Of a stretch of 59,965 nt of DNA, positions 28,471 through 37,713 are shown piece by piece (the first letter of the stretch is position 1; every line of letters begins with the position of its first letter). A program made the translations under genes and the position numbers. The DNA is from a bacterium (GTDB taxonomy: Bacteria; Desulfobacterota; DSWW01), in assembly GCA_040756235.1 (NCBI GenBank), contig JBFLZG010000029.1, positions 1-59,965 of the forward strand, read 5' to 3'. The notes under the pieces are model-generated. The model ran no database searches and was not told where the DNA came from. It worked only from the letters and a program-made list of their open reading frames with translations.

Positions 28471-29976
28471 TCAGATGAAGGCAGCGGCCCGGCTAAGCCG
28501 GAGCGCAGTCGATCGAGGGCCGAGGGTGACCAGGATCTCGAACAGCCCGGGGCCTTTGATCTGGCCGGTGACCGCCGCCCGGATCGCGTTGATGAGGACG
28601 CCGGCCTTGACCTGCTTCTCCTCCGAGAAGCTCCGCACGGCCGCCTCGGTCGTCGCGAGGTCGAACGGCGCCAGCCGCTCCAGCCTGCCCGCGAGCTCCG
28701 GAAGCCACTCTCTGAGCCTGGGCTCCTTCCTCAAGTTCTTCTCGAGCGCGGTCTCGGTGATCGGGAAATCATCGCTGAAGTACGCGCGGCCCTCGGCCAG
28801 GAAGTCCTTGAGCGTGTGGAAGCGGGCCCGGATCATGTCCAGCATGGCCAGGTACGCCTGCTTCCCTTCGCGCTCGTACTCGGGCCTCCACAGGCCCGCC
28901 TCCTCGAGCTCGCGAGCGACGAGCCGGCCCAGCTCCTCGAGGTCCAGGGTGCGGATGTAGTGGGCGTTGATGCTCAGGGCCTTGGGGTCGGTGAAGAACT
29001 TCGGGTCGTCCTTGTTGTAGTTGAAGACCGAGTTGGGCTTGCCGATGCGTTCGAGGGTGAACTCCCGGATGGCCTCCTCGCGGCTCAGGATCTCGCGGTT
29101 GTCCTCGGCGGACCAGCCCAGCAGGAGCAGGAAATTGCACAGGGCCCACGGCAGGAATCCCCGCTCCCGGTAAAAGGAGACCGTGACGACCTCGCCGTGC
29201 TTGCGCTTGGAGATCTTGGCCCGCTGCGGGTCCAGGGTGAGATTCATGTGGGCGAACCGGGGCGGGGTCGTGCCCAGGGCGCGGTAGATCAGGATCTGGC
29301 GGGGCGTGTTCGCCAGGCCGTCCTGGCCGCGGATGACGTGGGTGATCCGGTCCCTGAGATCGTCCACCGCGTTCGAGAGCAGATACAGGGGCATGCCGTC
29401 GGAGCGGACGATCACGAAATCCTCGATGTCCACGAGGCTCTTCTCGATCTTGCCGTAGACGATGTCGTCGAAACCGACGTAAGGGTAAGCCTGGACTCCG
29501 GGGTCCGGCGTCTGCTTCGGGTCCGGCACCTTGAACCGGATCACGTGAGGGATCTGCCGGGATTCGCGGGAGGCGATCTCCTCGGGGCGAAGGCCCCTGC
29601 AGGTGCGGTCGTAGTGGTAGGAGGTCTTGTGCTTCTCCGCCAGAAGCCGCTTCTGCTGCAGCTCTTCCGGGGTGCAGAAACACTTGTAGGCATGGCCCGA
29701 GGCGAGCAGTCGCTGGGCCGCTTGCTGGTGCTCGTGGCGGTAGTGGGACTGATAGTAGGGGCCTTCGTCCCAGTCCAGACCGAGCCAGCGCAGCCCCTCC
29801 AGGATCTCCTCGAGCGACGCCGCGGTGGAGCGCTCCACGTCGGTGTCCTCGATGCGGAGCAGAAAGACCCCTCCTTGGCGTCGGGCAAACAGCCAGTTGT
29901 AGAGAGCGGTGCGGGCGCCGCCGATGTGCAGGTACCCGGTCGGGGAAGGCGCAAACCGAACGCGCACAGGTGTCAT
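28471..29976 (-). CDS. gltX: Glutamate--tRNA ligase
   Basis: RFAPSPTGYLHIGGART, LRIEDTD, THVIRGQD, KISKR, anticodon-domain GPGLF. Confidence 0.95.
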   Translation of the reverse strand: MTPVRVRFAPSPTGYLHIGGARTALYNWLFARRQGGVFLLRIEDTDVERSTAASLEEILEGLRWLGLDWDEGPYYQSHYRHEHQQAAQRLLASGHAYKCFCTPEELQQKRLLAEKHKTSYHYDRTCRGLRPEEIASRESRQIPHVIRFKVPDPKQTPDPGVQAYPYVGFDDIVYGKIEKSLVDIEDFVIVRSDGMPLYLLSNAVDDLRDRITHVIRGQDGLANTPRQILIYRALGTTPPRFAHMNLTLDPQRAKISKRKHGEVVTVSFYRERGFLPWALCNFLLLLGWSAEDNREILSREEAIREFTLERIGKPNSVFNYNKDDPKFFTDPKALSINAHYIRTLDLEELGRLVARELEEAGLWRPEYEREGKQAYLAMLDMIRARFHTLKDFLAEGRAYFSDDFPITETALEKNLRKEPRLREWLPELAGRLERLAPFDLATTEAAVRSFSEEKQVKAGVLINAIRAAVTGQIKGPGLFEILVTLGPRSTALRLSRAAAFI

Positions 29977-30231
29977 CTGGGTCGATCCTCAGTTCGGCCA
30001 GAACCCGATGGCGGAAAGCAGCCGGCAAAAAAGCGGCCCAGCTTCCAAACGCTGGGCCGCACGGCGATACCGCGCTGATCCGATCATTTTTCAACTGATA
30101 CCACTCCCCGGGGGGAAAGACAAGGTAGTCCGCGACGCACGGGCCGTTGGACAGCGGCAGACACACTGTGCTATGTAGCGCCCGCGCAGGTGACCCGCTT
30201 CCGAAAGAGCTTGGTGAAAGGAGCGTCCCGA

Positions 30232-33200
30232 GTGGAGTTCCTGGCCGACTTACACGTTCACTCCCGCTTCTCGCGCGCCACGAGCAAGAACCTCAGCCTG
30301 GAGCGCCTCCACGCCTCTGCCCTGCACAAGGGGCTGGCCGTGGTCGGGACCGGCGACTTCACGCACCCGGAGTGGTTCGAGGAGATCCGGTCCAAGCTGG
30401 AGCCTGCCGAAGAAGGCCTGTTCCGGCTCAGGCAAGAGCTTGCCGCGCAGGCGCAGAGAGAGGTGCCGCCCTCCTGCGAAGGCCGGGTGCGCTTCATTCT
30501 GAGTGCGGAGATCAGCAGCATCTACAAGAAGGGGGAGCAGGTCCGCAAGGTCCACAACCTGATCTTCGTACCCACCCTGGAGGCGGCCCGGCGGTTCGCC
30601 GCCCGGTTGGCGAAGATCGGCAACATCGCATCGGACGGCAGGCCCATCCTGGGCCTGGACAGCAAGGACCTGCTCGCCCTCGTCCTGGAGACTTCTCCCG
30701 AGGCGTTCCTCGTTCCGGCCCACGTCTGGACCCCGTGGTTTTCGATCCTGGGTTCGAAGTCCGGGTTCGACTCGGTCGAGGAGTGCTTCGAGGATCTGGC
30801 GGCCGAGGTCTTCGCCCTGGAGACCGGCTTGAGCGCCGATCCGGCCATGTGCGGCCGACTGACGGCCCTGGACCGCTACAGCCTGATCTCCAACTCGGAT
30901 GCCCACTCGGCGGACAAGCTGGGCCGGGAGGCCAACGTCTTCGCCTGCGACGTCTCCTATCCGTCCATTCGAGGCGCCCTGCGGACCGGAAAGGGGAGGA
31001 GCTTTCTCGGCACGATCGAGTTCTTTCCCGAGCAGGGGAAATACCACCTCGACGGCCACCGCAAGTGCGGTTGCAGGATGGAGCCCGCGGAGACGCGCGC
31101 GCGGCGCGGCCTGTGCCGGGGCTGCGGCAAGGCGGTGACCGTGGGCGTCATGCACCGTGTGGAGGCGCTGGCGGACCGGCCGGAGGGGGAAAGGCCGAAC
31201 GGCGCTCTCCCTTACGACCGGCTCGTTTCGCTGAGCGAGGTCCTGGGGGAAGCCGGCGGCTGCGGTCCTCAGTCCGGGATGGTGCAGAAGGTCTGCCGGG
31301 CTCTCGTTGCGCGCCTCGGCCCCGAGCTGGCGATCCTCAGGCGGCTGCCTCTGGACGAGATCGAGCGGGCGGCAGATCCGCTGGTGGCCGAGGGGATCCG
31401 CAGGATGCGGCAGGGCGAAGTCGCCCTCGAGGCCGGCTACGACGGCGAATTCGGTACCGTCCGGATCTTTCGGCCGGGCGAGCGGGAGATGATTTCGGGC
31501 CACGTCTTTTTCGAAGGGCTCCCGGCCGCCGAGGCGTGCGGGAGCAAGCGGAGCGGGGAACAGAAGGGCACGAAGGGGCCGCCCGGAGGAGAGGGCGCGC
31601 AGGCCTGCCCCGCGGGGCCGCCGCCGGAGGACGGCGGCCCGGAGCCCCGCGCTGCCGGAAAGAGGGCTGCGGCAGCAGACGCGAACTGGGGTCCGCTTTT
31701 CTCCTCCAGAAGGCTTTCGGTGTGGTCCGAGGAGCTCCTTGCGAGCTTGAACGCGGACCAGCAGGAGGCCGTGCTCTCGACCGGCTCTCGGCTGCTCGTG
31801 GTCGCGGGCCCGGGGACCGGAAAGACGATGACCCTCACCTGCAAGATCGCTTACCTGGTCCGGGAGATCGGCTTGCCGCCGGAGCGGATCCTGGCCGTCA
31901 CCTTCACCCTGAAAGCCGCCCGCGAGATGGAAGAGCGGCTCGCCTCGCTGCTCGGGCCTTCCGACGACCGGGCGAAAGTGCGGGTGCGGACCTTCCATGC
32001 CCTCGGGGCGGAGCTGCTGCGCGAGGCCGGGAGCCTGGCCGGGGTGCCCGAGGATTTTACCATCCTCGACCCTCAGGACCAGGCCGCCCTGGTGTGCCGG
32101 GCTCCGCTCCGGCTCTCCAGGAGGGAAGCCGATCTGCTGCTGGAGCGCATCTCCGTGGAGAAGAGAAACCTGCGGTACCCGGAAGAGGGGCAGGAGAAGT
32201 TTCACGACCCCCTGTTCTTCCGGGCCTTCCTGCAGTATCAGGAGGCCCTCGAGCGGGTCCGGGCCCTGGACTTCGACGACCTCGTCTCCCGGACCGTGCG
32301 GGCCATGGTGGCCTGCCCCGCCTTCCGGGACCGGGCCTGCGGCCTGTTCCGGGCCGTCTGCGCGGACGAATACCAGGATGTCAACTTCGCACAGCACCTG
32401 TTCCTGCGGCTCCTGGCGGACTCGGCACAGGAGCTTTTCATGATCGGCGACCCGGACCAGGCGATTTACGGGTTTCGGGGCGCGAGCCCGGAGTACTTCC
32501 GACGGTTCGAGAGCGACTGGCCCGAGGGCCGGGTCGTCCGGCTCGCTCAGAACTACCGCTCCACCGAAGCCATCCTCTCCTCGGCGTGCCGGGTCCTGCC
32601 GGAGGGGCCGGCCGGGGCGCGCGATCGAGCGGCGCTTTCCGCTCTCGTCCGGGGAGGGCCGCCGGTGCGTGTGGCCGAGCTTGCGACGGAGAGATCGGAA
32701 GCGATCTTCGTCGCCCGGACGATCGACCGGCTCATGGGCGGCACCGATTCGCTCTCTCTCTACGCGGACAGGGTCTCACGCGACGAGCGGGTCACCTGCC
32801 GCAGCTTCGGCGAGATCGCGGTCCTGTTTCGTCTGAGCGCCCAGGCGCGCGAGCTGGAAGAAGCCCTGCGGCATCAGGGCATACCCTTTCAGTCGACGAC
32901 GCGGATCGACCTCTGGCAGACCGCGGAAGGCAGGGCTCTGACAGCGATCCTGCAGTGGCTCCGCGGCCCGGACGACCTGCTCGCCGGGGAACGGCTCCGC
33001 ACCGCCCTCGGCGAACGCTGCCGGGAGGCAATGGAAAGCTTGAGCCGGCACTGCGGCGCCGGGCCGCTTCCCGGCGAGACGCTGGAGGAGCGGGTCCGCG
33101 GGATGCGATCGCTCGGCGTGCTGCCGCAGGAAGGCGGGAGCTGGCCGGAAGTCTGGGAGATGCTGCTGGGACTGGCTTCCCGTGAGGCGGCCGTCGACTG

Positions 33201-33609
33201 GGATGCCCTGCTCCGCTCCGTGCGCCTCTCCCGGGAGCCGGATGCGCTCGAGGCCAGGAGCGAGAAGGTCACCCTGGCCACCCTCCATGCCTCCAAAGGG
33301 CTCGAGTTTCCGGTGGTGTTCCTCGTGGGCTGTGAGACCGATCTGCTCCCGTGCCGCATCGGCAAAGAGCCTTCCGACCCGGCCGAGGAAAGGAGGTTGC
33401 TCTACGTGGGAATGACACGGGCGCGCCGCCTGCTTTACATCTGCCACGCCCGCTCGCGGCTGCTCTTCGGCGAGCGCCGGCCTGCCTCTCCGTCACCGTT
33501 TCTCGCGGATCTGCCGAAGAGGTGGGTCGAGAGACTCCGCCCCGGGGAAGACGAGAAGAAGAAGGAAGCCACGAGGGACCTGCAGCCTTCGCTCTTCAAG
33601 CTCCCGTGA
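30232..33609 (+). CDS. Fusion of PHP-family endonuclease Q-like domain and UvrD/PcrA-type SF1 helicase
   Basis: N-term DLHVHSRFSRATS, GTGDFTHP, PAHVWTPW, ETGLS, SNSDAHS, GKYH + Zn finger; C-term AGPGTGKT, DEYQD, GDPDQAIYGFRGA, NYRS, HASKGLEF, YVGMTRA; GTG start after AAGGAG. Confidence 0.9.
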   Translation: MEFLADLHVHSRFSRATSKNLSLERLHASALHKGLAVVGTGDFTHPEWFEEIRSKLEPAEEGLFRLRQELAAQAQREVPPSCEGRVRFILSAEISSIYKKGEQVRKVHNLIFVPTLEAARRFAARLAKIGNIASDGRPILGLDSKDLLALVLETSPEAFLVPAHVWTPWFSILGSKSGFDSVEECFEDLAAEVFALETGLSADPAMCGRLTALDRYSLISNSDAHSADKLGREANVFACDVSYPSIRGALRTGKGRSFLGTIEFFPEQGKYHLDGHRKCGCRMEPAETRARRGLCRGCGKAVTVGVMHRVEALADRPEGERPNGALPYDRLVSLSEVLGEAGGCGPQSGMVQKVCRALVARLGPELAILRRLPLDEIERAADPLVAEGIRRMRQGEVALEAGYDGEFGTVRIFRPGEREMISGHVFFEGLPAAEACGSKRSGEQKGTKGPPGGEGAQACPAGPPPEDGGPEPRAAGKRAAAADANWGPLFSSRRLSVWSEELLASLNADQQEAVLSTGSRLLVVAGPGTGKTMTLTCKIAYLVREIGLPPERILAVTFTLKAAREMEERLASLLGPSDDRAKVRVRTFHALGAELLREAGSLAGVPEDFTILDPQDQAALVCRAPLRLSRREADLLLERISVEKRNLRYPEEGQEKFHDPLFFRAFLQYQEALERVRALDFDDLVSRTVRAMVACPAFRDRACGLFRAVCADEYQDVNFAQHLFLRLLADSAQELFMIGDPDQAIYGFRGASPEYFRRFESDWPEGRVVRLAQNYRSTEAILSSACRVLPEGPAGARDRAALSALVRGGPPVRVAELATERSEAIFVARTIDRLMGGTDSLSLYADRVSRDERVTCRSFGEIAVLFRLSAQARELEEALRHQGIPFQSTTRIDLWQTAEGRALTAILQWLRGPDDLLAGERLRTALGERCREAMESLSRHCGAGPLPGETLEERVRGMRSLGVLPQEGGSWPEVWEMLLGLASREAAVDWDALLRSVRLSREPDALEARSEKVTLATLHASKGLEFPVVFLVGCETDLLPCRIGKEPSDPAEERRLLYVGMTRARRLLYICHARSRLLFGERRPASPSPFLADLPKRWVERLRPGEDEKKKEATRDLQPSLFKLP

Positions 33610-33693
33610 GTCACGTTCGGGAAACGGAACACCTTGGCAGTGTGCGGTAGGTATCCCGGCCTCGTTCGCCTCGGGCTCGCAGATGGGCGTTTT

Positions 33694-33948
33694 TCAACAG
33701 CCTGCCTTGCCGCAGCAGGAGCCGGGGCCCGCGCACCCGGCGGCCTGGCCGGGCGAGTGGCCGCAGCACGCCGTGTCACCGGGACCCGGCAGGCGCTCCC
33801 GGGAGGACGAGACCGTGGAGTGAGCGGAAAGGAGCTTCTTCAGGTTCGGGCTCTCGCAGGACTTGCATCGGGGAGGGTCGGACGAAGCGGAAACGAGCAG
33901 CTCGCTCGTCTTGCCGCAATCCTGGCACAGGTACTCGTACAGGGGCAT
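33694..33948 (-). CDS. FmdB-family zinc-ribbon protein with Cys-rich tail
   Basis: MPLYEYLCQDCG...CKSCES..L.KLLS; tail ACCG..GC..GSCCG; AAGGAG RBS. Confidence 0.85.
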   Translation of the reverse strand: MPLYEYLCQDCGKTSELLVSASSDPPRCKSCESPNLKKLLSAHSTVSSSRERLPGPGDTACCGHSPGQAAGCAGPGSCCGKAGC

Positions 33949-34079
33949 GAAAGGATCTCCTTTTCGGACCGCGGGGGCCGGGTCCCGGCCATGAGAGTCG
34001 AGTCGAAATTCGTTTTGTGAGAGCCCTGTCGAAGGCTGCCGGGATCGTGGTGGAAAGCGGCCCCGGCCCACCCGAGCGC

Positions 34080-34460
34080 TCAGTGCCCGCATCCTCCGTG
34101 CGATCCATGGCCCGCACAGGTCTGGTCGGACGAAAACTCCGGCAGCCGGCCGGATTGGATGAGAGCCACGTTCTCGCGCACGGTTCCCTCCACCCCCCGG
34201 TAGACCCTGATGCCCGCGGCCTGGAGCTTCAAGAGGGCGCCGAGCCCGATGCCGCCCACCACGACGGCGTCCACGGGCTTCCCGCCGAGCGCCTGGAGCG
34301 GCTGACACTGACCGTGCAGGTGCTGCTGGTTCGAATTCTCAACGACCTCCGAAGCGCCGCTCGCCGTCTCGACGATGACGAAGCGCGACGCCGACCCGAA
34401 GTGACCGAAGAGCTGGCTTTCGAGCCCGTTGCTCTCTTGCGTCGGCAGGGCAATCCTCAT
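34080..34460 (-). CDS. NifB/NifX-family (Mo-Fe cofactor-binding-like) protein
   Basis: MRIALP, HFGSASRF, DAVVVGGIG, AGIRVY; C-terminal CAGHGSHGGCGH. Confidence 0.85.
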   Translation of the reverse strand: MRIALPTQESNGLESQLFGHFGSASRFVIVETASGASEVVENSNQQHLHGQCQPLQALGGKPVDAVVVGGIGLGALLKLQAAGIRVYRGVEGTVRENVALIQSGRLPEFSSDQTCAGHGSHGGCGH

Positions 34461-34519
34461 GATTCGCTTCTCCTGAGTCGCATCTAAAGGCCTCGGACAA
34501 AATCGTCTACGGAACTTCG

Positions 34520-34548
34520 AGGATATGTAACGCTCGGGGGGGTGTCAA
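34520..34548 (-). promoter_or_regulatory. Sigma70-type promoter for the NifX-like/FmdB pair
   Basis: Minus strand TTGACA-N17-TATCCT about 60 bp upstream of the start. Confidence 0.55.
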
Positions 34549-34567
34549 GCCGCACACAACCTTGCCC

Positions 34568-34722
34568 TAGAGGCTGTCCCAAAACGCCCATCTGCGGCGT
34601 TGCACTCATCCTTCGTCACTGCGGCGTACTTCCGTGTACGCCTCATTCCTCAGGATTTCGTGCGCCTTGCATCTGGGCATTTTTGAACAGCCTCCAAATC
34701 GAGCCTGTTGGGACAGGCTCTA
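34568..34722. mobile_element. MITE family A, complete 155-bp copy
   Basis: TAGAGGCTGTCCCAA ... TTGGGACAGGCTCTA, CTAG context at both ends; internal extra end TTTTGAACAGCCTC at 34681-34694. Confidence 0.85.
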
Positions 34723-34780
34723 GCTAGCTGGTGCTAACGAGCTGTCGCCTCGCGTTCGCCCTCGCAGGCACGGCAACGCC

Positions 34781-35806
34781 TCAGCGCCGGCGGGCCGCCG
34801 GTGCGAGCGCGGGGTTGTCCCAGCCGGCATCGGCCGGGTCGAGGTTGGTACCGGGCGGTACGATCTCGTCGACTCGGTTGAGCAGGGCATCGTCCAGCCG
34901 GGCGTCGGCCGCGCCGAGCTGTGATTCGAGATGTTGCATGGTGCGCGGGCCGATGATCGCAGCGGTCACCGTCGGGTGGCGGATCACGAAGGCGAGGGCG
35001 AGGTGGACGAGCGGGATGCCCGCGCCGTCGGCCAGCTCTCCGAGCGCGTCGGCAGCCTCCAGCTTGCGCCGGTTGGCCGGCCGCGAGAGATCGAAACGGT
35101 CCGGCAGCATCCGCGCCCGTACCGATGAAGGCGGCGCCGCCGCGCCCTTGCGCCACAGGCCGGAGAGCCATCCGCCCGCGAGCGGGCTCCAGGGGATGAC
35201 GCCGATGCCGTGGCGCAGGCAGGCCGGCAGCACGTCGGCCTCCACGGCGCGCGCGAGCAGCGAGTAGGGCGGTTGCTCGCAGACGAAACGAGACAGGCGG
35301 CGTTCGCGCGCCGTCCACTGCGCCTCCACGATCTGCGAGGCCGGGAAGGTAGAAGATCCGATGTAGCGGACCTTGCCCTGCCGCACGAGGTCGGTCAGGG
35401 CGCCGAGCGTCTCTTCGATGTCGGTGTCCGGCGAGGGACGGTGGATCTGGTAGAGGTCGATCCAGTCGGTCTTCAGGCGGCGCAAAGACGCCTCTATCTC
35501 CCGCATGATCCAGCGCCGCGAGTTGCCCCGCTGGTTGGGATCGTTGCCCATGGACCCGTGCACCTTGGTGGCAAGGATCACGTCGTCCCGCCGGCCTCCG
35601 GCCAGCGCCCTCCCGACGATCTCTTCGGACTCGCCCCGCGAGTAGACATCCGCGGTATCGATGAAGTTGATGCCTGCGTCGAGGGCGCGGTGGACGATGC
35701 GGACGCAGTCGTCGTGGTCCGGGTTGCCCCATTTGCCGAACATCATGGCCCCGAGGCAGAGGGGGCTCACCCGTACGCCGGTCCGGCCGAGAGTGCGATA
35801 TTCCAT
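34781..35806 (-). CDS. Aldo/keto reductase
   Basis: LCLGAM, IDTADVY, LATK, DWIDLYQIH, GKVRYIGSS, WSPLAGG, IIGPRT. Confidence 0.95.
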   Translation of the reverse strand: MEYRTLGRTGVRVSPLCLGAMMFGKWGNPDHDDCVRIVHRALDAGINFIDTADVYSRGESEEIVGRALAGGRRDDVILATKVHGSMGNDPNQRGNSRRWIMREIEASLRRLKTDWIDLYQIHRPSPDTDIEETLGALTDLVRQGKVRYIGSSTFPASQIVEAQWTARERRLSRFVCEQPPYSLLARAVEADVLPACLRHGIGVIPWSPLAGGWLSGLWRKGAAAPPSSVRARMLPDRFDLSRPANRRKLEAADALGELADGAGIPLVHLALAFVIRHPTVTAAIIGPRTMQHLESQLGAADARLDDALLNRVDEIVPPGTNLDPADAGWDNPALAPAARRR

Positions 35807-35919
35807 CTGAGCGCTCCTTCCGTTCTTGTGGCATGGGAGCGCCGCAGGCGGCGCAGGCTGCTGATCCGAGCCGGGCGGAGCTCGGCAGAGGCGCTCCTCT
35901 CCTGTCTAGATTCAACTCC

Positions 35920-36175
35920 GCAGGGGGAGGTTTGAATCTGCCCCTGCGCGGGTGCGCGGATTCGCGCTCCCCTGCGCTGCTGTTTCAGCGCGGGAGGTTG
36001 CCGCGGCCCCGGGCCTCGCAATCTCCGGCAAATGCCAGGCCCACGTCCCGGCGGGCAAGGCGGCCCCACGCCACAGAAATACGTTCCCGCATTTGGGGAA
36101 AGCAGTGCTCGGCTACGGCAGGCGGGCCCCGGCGCAGGAAGTCTGTGGGGGGGCCGGTGTGAAACCGGCCCTTGC
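35920..36175. repeat. Two degenerate GTAG-type REP hairpins (35920-35947, 36145-36175)
   Basis: GCAGGGGGAGGTTTGAATCTGCCCCTGC and GGGCCGGTGTGAAACCGGCCC resemble 54481-54508. Confidence 0.55.
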
Positions 36176-36182
36176 GCGGACG

Positions 36183-37448
36183 TCAGAAGAGCCTGGTAAA
36201 GCTGTCCCGGCTCCTCGGGTAGGTCTGAAACAGCGTGTGGCCCCCGTGCCTCGCCAGGATCTCGTTGTTGCCGTCCTCGATGAGCGTGGCCCTGGCGTCG
36301 CGAAAGAGCTTCTCGACCAGGTACTCACGGCTCAGCCCGTTGCCGCCGAGCAGCTGGATCGCGTCGTGGGCGTTGTCCAGGCAGGCCTGGGTCGTAAAGG
36401 TCTTGGCCGCCATGGAGTACTCGGGAAAGCTCGGGGCGATGCTCAGGTTCAGCCTGGCCGCGGCCCGGGAGAGCGCCCGGGAGGCCTCGACCCGCGTGAA
36501 CATCTCGAACACCCTCTGTTTGATCGAGTAGTGCTCCATCAGGGGGCGCCCCCCCTGGATCCTCTGCTTGCAGTAGGAGACGGCCTCCTCGAAAGCGGCC
36601 CGCGCCAGCCCTGTCGCCCACGTCGACATCCAGGCGTTGGCGGTGGCCAGCACCCCTGCCATGCTCTCTTCGTAAATCTCGGGGGGCACCACCGTGTAGC
36701 GCGCGGGCACCCGGACGCCGTCGAAGAACAGCTCTCCCTGGTTCAGGTCGCGCTGGCCGATCTTGTTGAGCGGCTTGCCCCTGGAGACTCCGGGCAGGTC
36801 CATCGGAACGATCATCACGGCAAAGCCGGACATGCCCCTGGACGGGTCGACCTGCACGAACAGCAGGCAGTGCGACGCGATCGTTCCTCCCGATACCCAT
36901 GCGGACTTCTGGCCGTTGATCACCCATTCGTCGCCTTCGCGCCTGGCCGTGCAGTTGCACCGGGTCTTCGGGTCATAGAAGAAGGGCTCGCCCCCGCCGA
37001 TCACGTCGGAGCCGTGGTCGGGCTCTGTGCCTCCCCAGCAGCCCCGCAGGCTGCCGTCCGTGCACTTGCAGAAAGGAACGGCGAACTCCCTGGCCAGCTC
37101 TTCGCTGCCGCTCAGGACCGCGCCCATGGCCGCGAAGCTGGCCACCGCCAGCTGAACGGAAATGCCGAAGCTGCCCCACCCCATCTCTTCCATCACCACG
37201 TGCGCCTGGAACGGGTTCAGCCCCATCCCGCCGACCTGCTCGGGCAGCAGGATCTTGTGGTAGCCGAGCTCGTAGGCCTGGCGCAGGCACGGCCAGAGAG
37301 GAGAGCGGCTGCCGATCACTTCTTCCGGCGTCATCGCGTCGAGCGCCCTGGCGGCCGGCCGGATCACGTCCCGCGCGAATTTGTGGGCGGCCTCCTTCAG
37401 AGCCAGGTCTTCGCCGGTCAAGCCCAGATCCATATCGAAGTAATCCAC
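36183..37448 (-). CDS. Acyl-CoA dehydrogenase family protein
   Basis: TEPDHGSD, NGQKSAWVS, RIQGG, QLLGGNG, IEDGNNE; GTG start after GGAGG. Confidence 0.92.
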   Translation of the reverse strand: MDYFDMDLGLTGEDLALKEAAHKFARDVIRPAARALDAMTPEEVIGSRSPLWPCLRQAYELGYHKILLPEQVGGMGLNPFQAHVVMEEMGWGSFGISVQLAVASFAAMGAVLSGSEELAREFAVPFCKCTDGSLRGCWGGTEPDHGSDVIGGGEPFFYDPKTRCNCTARREGDEWVINGQKSAWVSGGTIASHCLLFVQVDPSRGMSGFAVMIVPMDLPGVSRGKPLNKIGQRDLNQGELFFDGVRVPARYTVVPPEIYEESMAGVLATANAWMSTWATGLARAAFEEAVSYCKQRIQGGRPLMEHYSIKQRVFEMFTRVEASRALSRAAARLNLSIAPSFPEYSMAAKTFTTQACLDNAHDAIQLLGGNGLSREYLVEKLFRDARATLIEDGNNEILARHGGHTLFQTYPRSRDSFTRLF

Positions 37449-37713
37449 GGTACGTCCCTCCCGTTCAGGTCAGTCTGGAGGCTGCCGTCCATCCGCCGTG
37501 CCCGCTTCCGCCCAGGCCTCCTTCTCGCCCGAGCATCCCCGAGCCGGATCTCCCGTGTCAAGAGAAATCTCAGGCGAAGCAAGGCATCAGGTATCAGGCT
37601 CCAGGTTCCGGCGCCCGCCCCCGAGTCCGCCGAAAACAAAGGCGGATCAGAGGAATCGTCAGGTTGGGCTGAGGGGCCTGACATCTAATACCTAACACTG
37701 ACACCTAATTTCC

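Noticed and set aside
30147..33185. 1012-aa same-strand alternative-frame ORF (also 21182-23584)
   Set aside because: Arg/Pro/Gly-rich frame-shifted shadows of real genes, with no domain motifs.
33694..33705. Possible selenocysteine at the FmdB C-terminus (G-C-TGA)
   Set aside because: The TGA lies in a MITE-A-like end, no convincing SECIS hairpin follows, and read-through would run antisense into the helicase gene.
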